The notes under the pieces were generated by a model that worked only from the letters and a program-made list of their open reading frames with translations, ran no database searches and had not been told where the DNA came from. Position numbers and translations under genes: made by a program. A stretch of 64,000 nucleotides of DNA from an uncultured Verrucomicrobiae bacterium (GTDB lineage Bacteria; Verrucomicrobiota; Verrucomicrobiia; Limisphaerales; UBA11358). The stretch is taken from positions 8,116 to 72,115 of the forward strand of contig CAWIGO010000002.1 of assembly GCA_963835625.1 (NCBI GenBank). Direction: 5' to 3'. Positions 17,884-28,611 of this stretch are shown here, piece after piece (within the stretch, counting starts at the first letter, position 1; every line of letters starts with the position of its first letter).

Positions 17884-19290
17884 ATGTTTGAAACCGTAAC
17901 TGAATTAATGAAACCGATTGCAATTTTGCCCGCCTTGCTGGTCGCCATTGGCGTGCTGGGCCTGGCCGGTTGCCGGGGTATTCCAGCACCGGGCGAACGG
18001 CAGGCGCGCCATGATCTCGGCGCGATCACCGGCCAATATCGGCCCGGTCAGCACAAGCCGGAATTGCCGGTGCTGACGCCCGACGCCGGCCTCAGCAATT
18101 TCCTCGCTTACACGCTGCTCAATTCGCCGAACGTGGAGGCCACTTACGACGATTGGGCGGCATCCGTTGAGCGCATCACTGTGGAACGCTCGCTGCCTGA
18201 CCCGCAAATCACGTTTCAATCGGACATCGCGGACATCGTGATGACGGTAATGCCCGGTTTCATGCAGGAGTTTCCCGGTCCCGGCAAATTGCGGGCGCGT
18301 GCCGCCACCGCCACCGCCGAAAGCCGGGTCAAATACTTCGTCTTTGAAAGCGCCGCACTGCAAACCGCGTTTGATTTGAAACAGGCTTACTACGAACTTT
18401 ACTTTCTTGATGAACGGCTGCGCATCAATCGCGAAACACTTTCGTTGCTGAACAACCTGGAACGCATCGCGCGGGCACAGAATGAAGTCGGCAAGGGAAC
18501 CTTGCAGGATGTGCTGCGCGCCCAGATCGAGAGCGACCGTGTCCGCACCGATATTGCCAATCTCGAAGATTCACGTCGGCCGATGATGGCGTCGTTCAAG
18601 GCCGCGCTTGGTCTGGCGCACGACCAACCCGACCCGCCAGTGCCCGCGCGACTGGAAACGACTACAGCAAATCCCGATTCCGATGAATTGCTGCGCGTTG
18701 CGTTCGCCCGCAATCCACGGCTTAAGGCAATGGAAGCCGACGTGCGCGCGGCGGAGGCGGGCATCGCCATGGCCTACAAGGAAAGAGTGCCCGATTTCAG
18801 CCTCGGCTTGATGGCTGATGTCAAAGCGTCGCCAACGATGTTTCGTCCACTCGCGGGGATGACCTTGCCGATTTGGCGCGACAAAATCGCGGCGGAAATC
18901 GCACAGGCCAAGGCGAACGAACTGGCAGCACGGGCGCGCCTAAGCGCGGCGCAGATTGTACTGGCGGTGGACTTCGCAAAACAATCTTTCGCTTACCGTG
19001 AAATAGGCCGCAATCTTGATTTGCTTGAAAATCAGCTTATTCCCAAAGCGCGCCAGTCGCTTGAAATCGCGCGTGCCAGTTATCTCGCGGGCACGATTGA
19101 TTTCTTCAACCTGATGGACACGGAGCGGACGCTGTTGAACTTCGAGCTTTCGGAAGTCGAAGCCCGCACCCAGCGCGAGATTGTGCTCTCGAAGTTGTCG
19201 CTGCTAATCGCGGGCGAGTTGCCAATGGGGACGGCGCTGTTCCCTGAAAACAGAATGGGCCGGCCCGCTTCAACCAAAATTTCAAAATGA
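17884..19290 (+). CDS. TolC-family outer-membrane efflux lipoprotein (CusC/CzcC-like)
   Basis: Lipobox LAGC and two OEP repeats. First gene of the RND operon. Confidence 0.85.
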   Translation: MFETVTELMKPIAILPALLVAIGVLGLAGCRGIPAPGERQARHDLGAITGQYRPGQHKPELPVLTPDAGLSNFLAYTLLNSPNVEATYDDWAASVERITVERSLPDPQITFQSDIADIVMTVMPGFMQEFPGPGKLRARAATATAESRVKYFVFESAALQTAFDLKQAYYELYFLDERLRINRETLSLLNNLERIARAQNEVGKGTLQDVLRAQIESDRVRTDIANLEDSRRPMMASFKAALGLAHDQPDPPVPARLETTTANPDSDELLRVAFARNPRLKAMEADVRAAEAGIAMAYKERVPDFSLGLMADVKASPTMFRPLAGMTLPIWRDKIAAEIAQAKANELAARARLSAAQIVLAVDFAKQSFAYREIGRNLDLLENQLIPKARQSLEIARASYLAGTIDFFNLMDTERTLLNFELSEVEARTQREIVLSKLSLLIAGELPMGTALFPENRMGRPASTKISK

Positions 19291-21083
19291 GAAACGCCAT
19301 GAACTCAAAATCAAAAATCACCCTGCTCATCATTTTGCTGGCGGCAGCCGTCGGCATCGGCCTTTTCGCCGCCGGTTGTTCCAAGCCAACAGACAAGGCC
19401 GCTGCTGCGACGCAGACCAAAACGCTCTACACCTGCGGCATGCATCCGCAGGTTATCCAGGATCATCCGGGCAACTGCCCGATTTGCGGCATGAAGCTGA
19501 CGCCCATTCGTAAACAGGCCGTCAGCGGCGCCTCGACCGCAACCGGGGTGCACAAAATCAAATACTACAAGTCCACGATGATGCCGGGTGAAGTGCGGCA
19601 GACTCCAGGCAAGGACAGCATGGGCATGGACATGGTGCCGGTTTACGAAGACGAAGCATCGGCGGCAGAATCATCCGCCATCGAGATTGACCCGGTGACG
19701 ATGCAGAACATGGGCATTCGAACGGCGACTGTCACACGCGGGCCGTTGCGCCGGGCCATCCGCACAGTCGGCGTGATTGATTACGATGAGACGACGCTGG
19801 CGGACGTGACGACCAAGTTCAAAGGCTGGATTGAGAAGCTGTACGTGAACGCCACGGGCCAGTTGGTGATCGCGGCGATCCGCTGTTTGAGATTTATTCG
19901 CCCGAACTTTACAGCGCGCAAGTCGAATATCTGCATTGTGACTGATCCTGCAAATAAAGCCGGCGCGGGCAGCGATGCGCTCAAAGCCTCGGCGCTGACG
20001 AAGTTGAAATTCTTCGACATCTCCGACGAGCAAATCGCCGAGTTGGAACGAACCCGGCAAGCGCGCAAAACCTTGCGCATCCTGGCGCCGCAGGACGGAT
20101 TCGTGATCGAAAAAAACATCGTCGAAGGCCAGATGGTGGATGCCGGCATGAAGATTTACCGGCTGGCCGATTTCGGATTGGTCTGGGTGCAGGCGCAGAT
20201 TTACGAACAGGATTTGGCTTACCTCAAGCTCGGCCAGGAGGCGACAGTCACACTGTCCTATCTGCCCGACCGCGAATTCCGCGGGCGAGTAACCTACATT
20301 TATCCGAATGTGGACGAGAAAACGCGCACGGCGAAAGTGCGGATGGAGTTTCACAATCCCGGCTATTTCCTCAAGCCCGGCATGTTTGCAACAGTTCAAG
20401 TCACATCCGAGTTGGAACCTTCGGTGTTGCTCGTGCCGGATATGGCGGTGCTGCGCAGCGGCGAGAAAAACGACCGTCTTCGTCGCTCTGGACGGCGGCA
20501 AGTTCGAGCCGCGCACAGTCACGCTCGGCCCGCAGGCCGAGAACGACATGTATCAGGTGTTGAGCGGATTGAACGAAGGCGAGCGCATCGTCACGTCCGG
20601 GCAGTTCATGCTCGATTCGGAAAGCCAGCTGCGCGAGGCGATCCAGAAAATGCTGAAGCCAAACAAATCCGGCACTTCCGCGCCGGTGGGCCAGGACGAA
20701 CGCGACGGTTACAGGTTTAACCAATCAGGAGGCGACGTCCGAAGAAGCAGCTCCCGTGAAATACATCTGCCCGATGCCGGAGCATGTCTCCATCGAATAC
20801 GATCATCCCGGCAAATGTCCCGATTTGCGGCATGACGCTGGTGCCCGTGTCCGCAAGCGAACCTGCAAGCAAGCTGCAGCCCGGCGGGAAGATTCTTTAC
20901 TACACCTGCCCGATGCCGGAGCACAGCGACGTGCGTTCCGACAAACCGGGCAAATGCCCCAAGTGCGGCATGACACTCATTCCGGTGATGGAAGCGCCTC
21001 CGCAGCCGAGGTCCGCCTCGCAATCTCCCGTTGGTGATGAAACCATGCCCGAAGGGATGGTCATGCCTGAACCGCAGCATTAA
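19287..21083 (+). pseudogene. RND membrane-fusion protein (CusB/CzcB-like) with CxxC metal-binding domains, about 5 frameshifts
   Basis: The reading frame must switch near 19868, 19935, 20468, 20700-20750 and 20820 to keep the homologous sequence (DPLFEIYSPELYSAQVEYL; TVFVALDGGKFEPRTVTLG; YICPMPEH..GKCPICGM; YYTCPMPEH..GKCPKCGM). Confidence 0.75.
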
Positions 21084-21098
21084 GCGCAAAGGATTTTC

Positions 21099-24000
21099 AT
21101 GCTCAAAGGCATCATAGATTTTTCGCTGAAGAACAAGTTCATCGTTCTTCTCGGCACGATGGTGCTCGTGCTGGGCGGCGTTTACGCGGTGAAGAACATC
21201 CCGCTCGACGCCATCCCCGATCTCTCGGACGTGCAGGTCATCATTTACACCGAATGGCCGGGCCAGGCGCCACAAATCGTCCAGGACCAGGTCACCTATC
21301 CCATCACGACCAAGATGCTTTCCGTGCCGAAGGCAAAGGTCGTGCGTGGCTATTCGTTCTACGGCTTCTCGTTCGTGTATGTGATTTTCGAGGACGGCAC
21401 CGATCCATATTGGGCGCGCAGCCGCGTGCTCGAATATCTCAACGGCTTGAGCGGACGCCTGCCCAAAGGCGTTTCGCCCGCGCTCGGCCCGGACGCCACC
21501 GGCGTCGGCTGGGCGTTCATGTATTCGCTCAACTCCACCAATCGCGATCTCGCCGCAACTGCGCTCAATGCAGGATTGGTATCTGCGCTACCAACTTGCG
21601 TCCGTCGAAGGCGTGTCTGAAGTCGCATCCGTCGGCGGCTTCGTGAAGCAATACCAGGTGACGGTGGACCCGACGAAACTCCGTGCTTACAACCTGTCCA
21701 TTTCAGACGTGGCCATGGCCGTCAAGCGCAGCAACGGCGAGGTCGGCGGGCGCTCCATCGAATTGTCGGAAAAGGAATTCATCCTGCGCGTAAAGGGTTA
21801 CGTCCAAAATCTGGAGGATTTGCGGAAAGTCGCCGTGGGCGTCGGGAACAACGGCGTGCCCATCCTGCTGCGCGACGTGGCGAACATCCAGTTCGGACCT
21901 GACATGCGGCGTGGCATCGCCGAGTTGAACGGCGAAGGAGAAACCGTCGGTGGCATTGTTATCGTCCGTTACGGCGCGAATGCGCGGCAGGTAATCCTCG
22001 ACGTGAAGAAAAAACTCGACACGGCGATGAAGGGTTTGCCGCCGGACGTAAAGTACACCATTGCCTACGACCGCAGTGCGCTGATTGATCGCGCTGTCAA
22101 AACGCTCGAAGAAAAGCTCCTCGAGGAAAGCATCGTGGTGGCGCTGGTGTGTATCGCCTTCCTGATGCACCTGCGTAGCGCGTTTGTCGCCATCGTCATT
22201 CTGCCAATCGCCGTCTTGATTTCATTCCTCGTCATGTTTGGCCAGGGCATCAGTTCCAACATCATGTCGCTCGGCGGCATTGCCATTGCCATTGGCGCGA
22301 TGGTGGACGCGGTCATCATTATGATCGAAAACGCCCACAAACATCTCGAACATGATCAGGGCAAGAAAGCGCATTGGGACATCATCCGCGACGCGGCGGT
22401 GGAGGTCGGGCCGGCCCTGTTCTACTCATTGCTGGTCATCACTGTGTCGTTCATTCCCGTGTTCACGCTCCAGGCACAGGAAGGCCGTCTTTTCAAGCCG
22501 CTGGCGTTCACAAAGACGTATTCGATGGGCGCGGCCGCACTGCTCTCCATTACGCTCGCGCCAATTCTCATGGGCTTCTTCATTCGTGGCAAGATTCCGC
22601 CCGAAGAAAAGAATCCTATCAATCGCTTTCTCATCTGGCTCTATCATCCGGTGATTGATTTTGTCATCAAGTGGCGCTGGCCGGTCATCTTCACTGCCGC
22701 CGCGCTCATCGTCTGGGTGTTCCTGCCTTCGAACAAACTCGCAGCACGGCTGCTGCCCGATGGTAAAGCCAAGGAATGGGCGTTCAAGGTTGGGAAAATC
22801 TTCCCTTACCAGAACATCGGCTCCGAATTCATGCCGCCGCTTTACGAAGGTGATTTGCTCTACATGCCGACAACTTTCCCCGGCATCTCGCCCACCAAGG
22901 CGCGCGAAATCATCCAGACCACCGACCGCATCATCAAAACGTTTCCCGAAGTGCATCATGTCTTCGGCAAGATTGGTCGCGCGGAAACCGCCACCGATCC
23001 AGCGCCCTTCGACATGATTGAAACGACCATCATGCTGAAGCCTGAAGAAGAATGGCCGAAGGTGGACATCAAAGATGAGAACGGCAAAGTCATCGCGCAC
23101 CGGCGTCGGACGCCCGACGAATTGGTGGATGCCATGAACGCCGCGGTTCAAATCCCCGGTCTGAACAACGCCTGGACCATGCCGATCAAAACGCGAATCA
23201 ACATGCTCGCCACCGGCATCAAGACGCCCGTCGGCATCAAGGTCGCTGGACCAGATCTGGCCGAGTTGGAGCGAGTGGCTTCGGAAGTCGAAGCTGTGGT
23301 CAAGGGTGTGCCCGGCACGTTGAGCGCGTTTGCCGAGCGCACGATGGGTGGCAACTACATTCAGTTCACCATTAACCGCGACGCCATCGCCCGTTACGGC
23401 CTGACCGTCGGCGACGTTCAGGACGTGCTGGAAGTTGCGTTGGGCGGAATGCCGCTGACGACGACGGTCGAAGGCTTGGAGCGGTATGACGTGAACCTTC
23501 GTTACAGCCGTGATTTCCGCGAAAACCTCGGCGCGTTGCGCGACATTGTTGTGCCCACTCCGACCGGAGCGCAAGTGCCGCTCGGACAGTTGGCGAAAAT
23601 TGAAACCGTCCACGCCCCAATGGGCATTAAGAGCGAAGCCGCCATACCCAATGCCTGGATTTACGTGGACGTAAAGGGCATTGACGTTGGTACCTACGTG
23701 CAAATGGCCATGCGCGCTGTCAACGATGCTGTCGCCAGTGGCACCATCAAGCTGCCTAGCGGCTACAACATCTTCTGGAGCGGACAATACGAATACATGA
23801 TGCGCGCCAAGCAGCGGTTGATGATGGTCGTGCCGCTCACGCTGTTCATCATTATCTTGATCGTTTACCTGAACACCCGGTCATCCGTTGCCACTGCCAT
23901 CATCATGCTGTCGGTGCCGCTGGCGCTGGTCGGCTCGTTCTGGATGCTCTACCTCTACGGCTACAATTTGAGCGTGGCGGTGTGGATCGGGTTGATTGCG

Positions 24001-24366
24001 CTGGCCGGCGTGAGCGCGGAAACCGGCGTGGTAATGCTGCTGTATCTCAACCTGGCCCACGACAAATGGAAACGCGAAGGCCGGTTGCGCACTCTCGCTG
24101 ACCTGCGTGATGCGATTTACCACGGCGCAGTCAAGCGCGTCCGGCCCAAGGCCATGACAGCGTGCGTCATCGTTGCCGGCCTCGCACCAATTCTCTGGAG
24201 CCACGGCGCCGGCGCGGACGTGATGAAACGCATCGCCACGCCGATGGTGGGCGGTGTTATCACCTCGGTAATCATGGAACTGGTCGTTTACCCGGCGGTT
24301 TTCTACCTGTGGCGCTCGCGCGAAATCAAGCAAGGGGGAGAGTTGATAAATTCGGCTGGCAGGTGA
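21099..24366 (+). pseudogene. CusA/CzcA-family heavy-metal RND permease, one frameshift near 21555-21570
   Basis: ORF 21099..21620 (N-terminus) and ORF 21568..24366 join as ...[18 protein letters not shown]. Confidence 0.8.
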
Positions 24367-24376
24367 ATTGAAGAGA

Positions 24377-25411
24377 TTATTTTGATTTACCACGCTTTTG
24401 TTTCGCGCCGAGTTTTTTTTCCAATTCCGCGACGCGCTTGAGCAGTTCTGGCAGGAGTTGAATGGCAATCATCTGGCGCTTGGTTTGTTTGTCCGGCTGC
24501 GCGGGAATTCCCATCCATTTCCCGCCGTCGGGAATGTCACTCATCACGCCGGCCTTCGCTACGACCGTGACTTGATTGCCGATTTTCAGATGCCCGGCAA
24601 TGCCGACTTGTCCGGCAATCACGACATAGTTGCCCAGCTTGGAACTGCCCGCAATGCCGGCTTGCGCGACGAGCAGACAGCCTTCGCCGATTTCAACGTT
24701 GTGCGCGACTTGCACGAGGTTATCGATCTTCGTGCCTTTGCCGATGACCGTCGAGCCGAGCGCGCCGCGGTCAATCGTCACGCCCGCGCCGATTTCCACG
24801 TCGTCGCCGATGAGCACATTTCCAATCTGCGGCACTTTTCGGTGAATGTCCCCGTCTTGCACATAACCAAAACCGTCCGCACCAACCACCGTGTTGGCAT
24901 GAATGCGGACGCGGTGGCCGATTTCCGTGCGCGGATAAATAGTCACGTTGGGAAACAAATTGACGTCATCACCGAGTTTGGAATCATCGCCGACAAAGCT
25001 GCCGGCTTGCAAAACCGTTCGCGCGCCCATGCGCACGCGCTCGCCAACGACGCAGTGCGGTCCGATGTGTGCGCTCGCGTCAATTTGCGCGCTTGATGCG
25101 ATGACGGCGGTCGGATGAATGCCCGCGGCGAATTTTTGTTCCGGGAAAAACAATGCAAGCGCCTTGGCAAATGCAATGCGCGCATTGGGCACACGGATTA
25201 AAATTTTATGCGCGGATTTGAAACGGTTGTCCGCGATAATTGCGGTCGCAGCGCTTTGTTCGGCACGGGCAAAATAGGCCTCATTTTCAGCGAACGTGAG
25301 GTCGCCGGCCTGCGCATGTTCTATGGGCGCAAAGTTTTTCAGGATGGCGGTATTATCTCCAACCGCCTTGCCACCAACGTGTTTTGCAACTTCTAATACT
25401 GTAAATGGCAT
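24377..25411 (-). CDS. lpxD: UDP-3-O-acylglucosamine N-acyltransferase
   Basis: 344 aa, N-terminal LpxD domain plus hexapeptide left-handed beta-helix repeats. Confidence 0.9.
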   Translation of the reverse strand: MPFTVLEVAKHVGGKAVGDNTAILKNFAPIEHAQAGDLTFAENEAYFARAEQSAATAIIADNRFKSAHKILIRVPNARIAFAKALALFFPEQKFAAGIHPTAVIASSAQIDASAHIGPHCVVGERVRMGARTVLQAGSFVGDDSKLGDDVNLFPNVTIYPRTEIGHRVRIHANTVVGADGFGYVQDGDIHRKVPQIGNVLIGDDVEIGAGVTIDRGALGSTVIGKGTKIDNLVQVAHNVEIGEGCLLVAQAGIAGSSKLGNYVVIAGQVGIAGHLKIGNQVTVVAKAGVMSDIPDGGKWMGIPAQPDKQTKRQMIAIQLLPELLKRVAELEKKLGAKQKRGKSK

Positions 25412-25497
25412 ATTTTTGCTTTTGGATGCTTGCTCGTTGACTTACTCGTTGCGGCTCACTATAAAGACCGGCAGATTCAGTTCAATCCCTACTTTTT

Positions 25498-26643
25498 ATG
25501 GCGAGGACCTTTCGTGTCGGCCTAATCGGCTACCGCTTCATGGGCAGGGCGCACTCGAATGCCTGGCGGCAGGCGCCACGCTTCTTCAATCTCAAGGCGA
25601 ATGTCGAGATGCACACCCTATGCGGGCGCGATGTGGTAGGGGTGCAAATGGCGCGCGCACAACTCGGCTGGCAGAACACCACGACGGATTGGCGCGAAAT
25701 TGTCGAATCGCCGCTGATTGACATCGTGGACATCGTCACGCCGACGAATTTTCACGCGGAAATGGCGATTGCCGCGGTGAAAAACGGCAAGCACGTTTTG
25801 TGCGAAAAGCCGCTGGCGCTGAATCTCAAACAGGCCGAGGCGATGTTCGCCGCCGCGCACAAGGCGAAGGTCGTCCACATGGTCTGCCACAATTACCGGC
25901 GCATTCCGGCAATCGCGCTGGCGAAGCGGATGATTGGCGAAGGCGCGCTGGGCCGGATTTTTCATTTTCACGCGCGTTACGCGCAGGACCGGCTGGCCGA
26001 CCCGGAATTTCCGCTGGACTGGCGTTTGCAAAAGGAGACCAGCGGCTGTGGCGTCCACAGCGACATCAATTCGCACGTCATTGATTTGGGGCGTTACCTC
26101 GTCGGCGAATTCAAGGAGGTCTGCGGGTTGCTGAACACGTTTATACCGGAACGTCCGCTGGCGGATGCGCTGGCCAAAGGCGCGCGCAGGATGGGCAAGG
26201 TCACCGTGCCGGACTCCGCAATGTTCATCGGGCGGATGGAAAATGGCGTGCTGGCGAACGTGGAAGCCACGCGCTACGCGCTCGGCCGCAAGAACCACAT
26301 CGCTGTCGAAATCAACGGAAGCAAAGGCTCGATCTATTTTGATTTTGAGGACATGAACCGGCTGAAATTTTACAATGGCGACGACCCGAAAGACCGGCGG
26401 GGTTTCCGCGACATTCTCGTGACGGAGCGCGACGGCGTGCAACCGTATGTCGGCCATTGGTGGCCGCCGGGACACGGCATCGGCTACGAACACACGTTCA
26501 TTCATGTGGTCGCCGATTTTGTGAACGCCTGCGTCGAGAGGAAACCGGCGCAACCAACTTTTGAGGATGGCTTGAAAAATCAGCGCGTGCTCGCCGCCGT
26601 CGAGGAATCGGCCAAAACCGGCAAATGGGTGAAATTGAAATGA
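25498..26643 (+). CDS. Gfo/Idh/MocA family oxidoreductase
   Basis: N-terminal Rossmann VGLIGYRFMGRAH and an EKP motif (VLCEKPLA). Confidence 0.85.
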   Translation: MARTFRVGLIGYRFMGRAHSNAWRQAPRFFNLKANVEMHTLCGRDVVGVQMARAQLGWQNTTTDWREIVESPLIDIVDIVTPTNFHAEMAIAAVKNGKHVLCEKPLALNLKQAEAMFAAAHKAKVVHMVCHNYRRIPAIALAKRMIGEGALGRIFHFHARYAQDRLADPEFPLDWRLQKETSGCGVHSDINSHVIDLGRYLVGEFKEVCGLLNTFIPERPLADALAKGARRMGKVTVPDSAMFIGRMENGVLANVEATRYALGRKNHIAVEINGSKGSIYFDFEDMNRLKFYNGDDPKDRRGFRDILVTERDGVQPYVGHWWPPGHGIGYEHTFIHVVADFVNACVERKPAQPTFEDGLKNQRVLAAVEESAKTGKWVKLK

Positions 26644-26698
26644 TTTGACCCGCCCGTCCGCGCGCCGGTGCGCATTGAAAAAGGCCGCTGGTCATTGT

Positions 26699-26735
26699 GC
26701 CCGCGTGGCGAAATTGGCAGACACGCCAGATTCAG
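26699..26735 (+). pseudogene. tRNA-Leu 5' half remnant (acceptor, D arm and anticodon stem up to CAG)
   Basis: GCCCGCGTGGCGAAATTGGCAGACACGCCAGATTCAG aligns to the first 37 nt of the intact tRNA at 27232, then the similarity stops. Confidence 0.85.
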
Positions 26736-26891
26736 TTTTTTACGTTCACCATTTTTAGAGGACATCTCCGCGTTTCAATGAGAGCGATAATGGCGGGGAT
26801 TTTGCAAAGTTATAAATAATTCTATACAGGCTGAAGAATGTGTTATAAACGGCATTAACCCATTAAAAACCATCGTGAATGAAACCAAAAT

Positions 26892-27080
26892 ATGAAAGCC
26901 ACAATCAAAATCGAAGTGGAAGTGCCTGATGGGACAATGGATCACCAATTAACCGTGGACAGGATTTTAACCACCAGAGATATTTTCTCTGAGGTAAAGC
27001 GTGATATGGAATCCTATTTTAGAACCAGTGGTGACTGGCAAACCATTGCGAGGCTCAAATTTTCCATGATGCCGGAATAA
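26892..27080 (+). CDS. Hypothetical 62-aa protein (cassette cargo)
   Basis: The only ORF in the AT-rich insert. No clear SD and no motif. Confidence 0.3.
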   Translation: MKATIKIEVEVPDGTMDHQLTVDRILTTRDIFSEVKRDMESYFRTSGDWQTIARLKFSMMPE

Positions 27081-27092
27081 TGGTGTCTGATC

Positions 27093-27176
27093 TGTTTGAG
27101 GCGGCGGCTCAGCCGGTGCTCAAGGCGGTGTGTCGAAGAATCGTCCAAAGCCGGCAAGTGGGTGAAATTGGAATGA
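27093..27176 (+). pseudogene. Diverged, frameshifted copy of the oxidoreductase 3' terminus
   Basis: Encodes LFEAAAQPVLKAV / (1-nt shift) / VEESSKAGKWVKLE-stop, against TFEDGLKNQRVLAAVEESAKTGKWVKLK-stop in the gene. Confidence 0.8.
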
Positions 27177-27231
27177 TTTGGCTTGCCCGTTCATGCGGTG
27201 GCGCGTATTGAAAGAAGCTGCCGGTCATCGT

Positions 27232-27316
27232 GCCCGCGTGGCGGAATTGGCAGACGCGCTAGATTCAGGTTCTAGTGGGTAACACCATACAGGTTCAAAT
27301 CCTGTCGCGGGCACCA
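27232..27316 (+). tRNA. tRNA-Leu (anticodon CAG), type II with a long variable arm and encoded CCA
   Basis: Manual fold: acceptor GCCCGCG/CGCGGGC, anticodon stem CTAGA/TCTAG with loop TTCAGGT, T arm ACAGG-TTCAAAT-CCTGT. Confidence 0.9.
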
Positions 27317-27464
27317 TATTGAAACTTGATGGATTCTCGAGGAGGAGCGACCCTGCATTCCGGCGTTGGGATGGACGGCGTTTGGCCTTTCAGGCTGGTC
27401 ATTGAATTTGCCGGGAAATCAGTTCGACAGGAAAAACAATGTGAGTTAATCTTGTCCTCAACAC

Positions 27465-27911
27465 ATGAAGATTCTGTTCCTAAATGGTCCGAATTTGAAT
27501 TTGCTCGGAGGACGTGAACCGGATGTATATGGCCATGCGACTTTGGCTGACATCGAGACCGAGGTCCGTGAACACGCCAAAGGCTTGGGTGTGGAAGTTG
27601 ACTTTCGACAGTCCAACTTGGAGGGTGAATTAGTTGGTTGGATTCAAGAAGCAAAAGGGAATTTCGATGTGATCGTTCTCAATGCCGCTGCCTATACCCA
27701 TACTAGCGTCGCGCTTCGGGATGCAATTGCTGCGGTTGGGGTACCAACAATTGAAATCCATCTTTCAAATATCCATGCAAGGGAAAAATTTAGGCAAAAG
27801 TCGCTGATAGCTCCAGTTTGCTGTGGTCAGATTACAGGTTTTGGGCAACAGTCTTACATTCTGGCATTAGAAGCGTCAGTTAGCGTTAAAGTATATAAAA
27901 AATGCCATTAA
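27465..27911 (+). CDS. aroQ: Type II 3-dehydroquinate dehydratase
   Basis: [21 protein letters not shown] and [12 protein letters not shown] motifs. Confidence 0.92.
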   Translation: MKILFLNGPNLNLLGGREPDVYGHATLADIETEVREHAKGLGVEVDFRQSNLEGELVGWIQEAKGNFDVIVLNAAAYTHTSVALRDAIAAVGVPTIEIHLSNIHAREKFRQKSLIAPVCCGQITGFGQQSYILALEASVSVKVYKKCH

Positions 27912-27964
27912 AATGGCTGATTTTAGTTATTTTTTGGTTGAATTCAATTTGTTATTTTGTTTCC

Positions 27965-27993
27965 TTGACGTTAATAATTTGGACCAATAAGCT
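27965..27993 (+). promoter_or_regulatory. Candidate sigma-70 promoter upstream of accB
   Basis: TTGACG, 17 nt spacer, TAAGCT. Confidence 0.3.
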
Positions 27994-28095
27994 GATGCCA
28001 GATTAACAAGAAATTAAGCAGAGTCGCAACACGGCTACTGCTTTTTTGCTTATGGCTCGAAGTTGGGATTTGTAATAACTCTAACGAAATCGAAC

Positions 28096-28563
28096 GTGGA
28101 TATTAAAGATATTAAGGCTATAATTGACCTGATGAAGAAAAACTCCATCACGGAGTTTGAGTTGGAAAGGCAGGATTCCAAAATCAGGTTAAAACGCGGA
28201 TTGAATGGTGGCCCCCTCCCATCTGTTCAATATGAGGAACCGATGTTATCTCCGCCCAGTCAACCGACGGTTCCTGTTTCGTCAACACTTCCAGTAGTTG
28301 CGCCGCAAGCTCTGGTGACGGGCGAAATTGAGATTAAATCGCCAATGATTGGCACATTTTACCGGGCGCCATCTCCCGAGGCCAACAGCTATGTTGAAAT
28401 TGGCACTGAGGTCAATCCTGATACCGTCGTTTGCATCATTGAAGCGATGAAAGTGATGAATGAAATCAAGGCGGAAGTAAAAGGCGTCATCACTCAAGTT
28501 TTAGTTGAAAATGCCAAGCCGGTGGAATTTGGCCAGCCCTTGTTCAAAACACGTCCGGCTTGA
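28096..28563 (+). CDS. accB: Biotin carboxyl carrier protein of acetyl-CoA carboxylase
   Basis: EAMKVMNEI biotinylation motif. GTG 28096 start gives VDIKDIKAIIDLM. Confidence 0.9.
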   Translation: MDIKDIKAIIDLMKKNSITEFELERQDSKIRLKRGLNGGPLPSVQYEEPMLSPPSQPTVPVSSTLPVVAPQALVTGEIEIKSPMIGTFYRAPSPEANSYVEIGTEVNPDTVVCIIEAMKVMNEIKAEVKGVITQVLVENAKPVEFGQPLFKTRPA

Positions 28564-28611
28564 AGGTGCAAAACCATACTGATTGACCCCATTCGCCCTC
28601 ACTAAAAGTCC

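Noticed and set aside
19287-24366. Frameshifts in cusB/cusA as programmed frameshifting or pure sequencing noise
   Set aside because: Five or six shifts with no slippery-site pattern make programmed frameshifting implausible. Uniform sequencing error is unlikely because about 45 kb of other coding sequence is intact. Local error still cannot be excluded without the reads, so the genes are reported as probable pseudogenes only.
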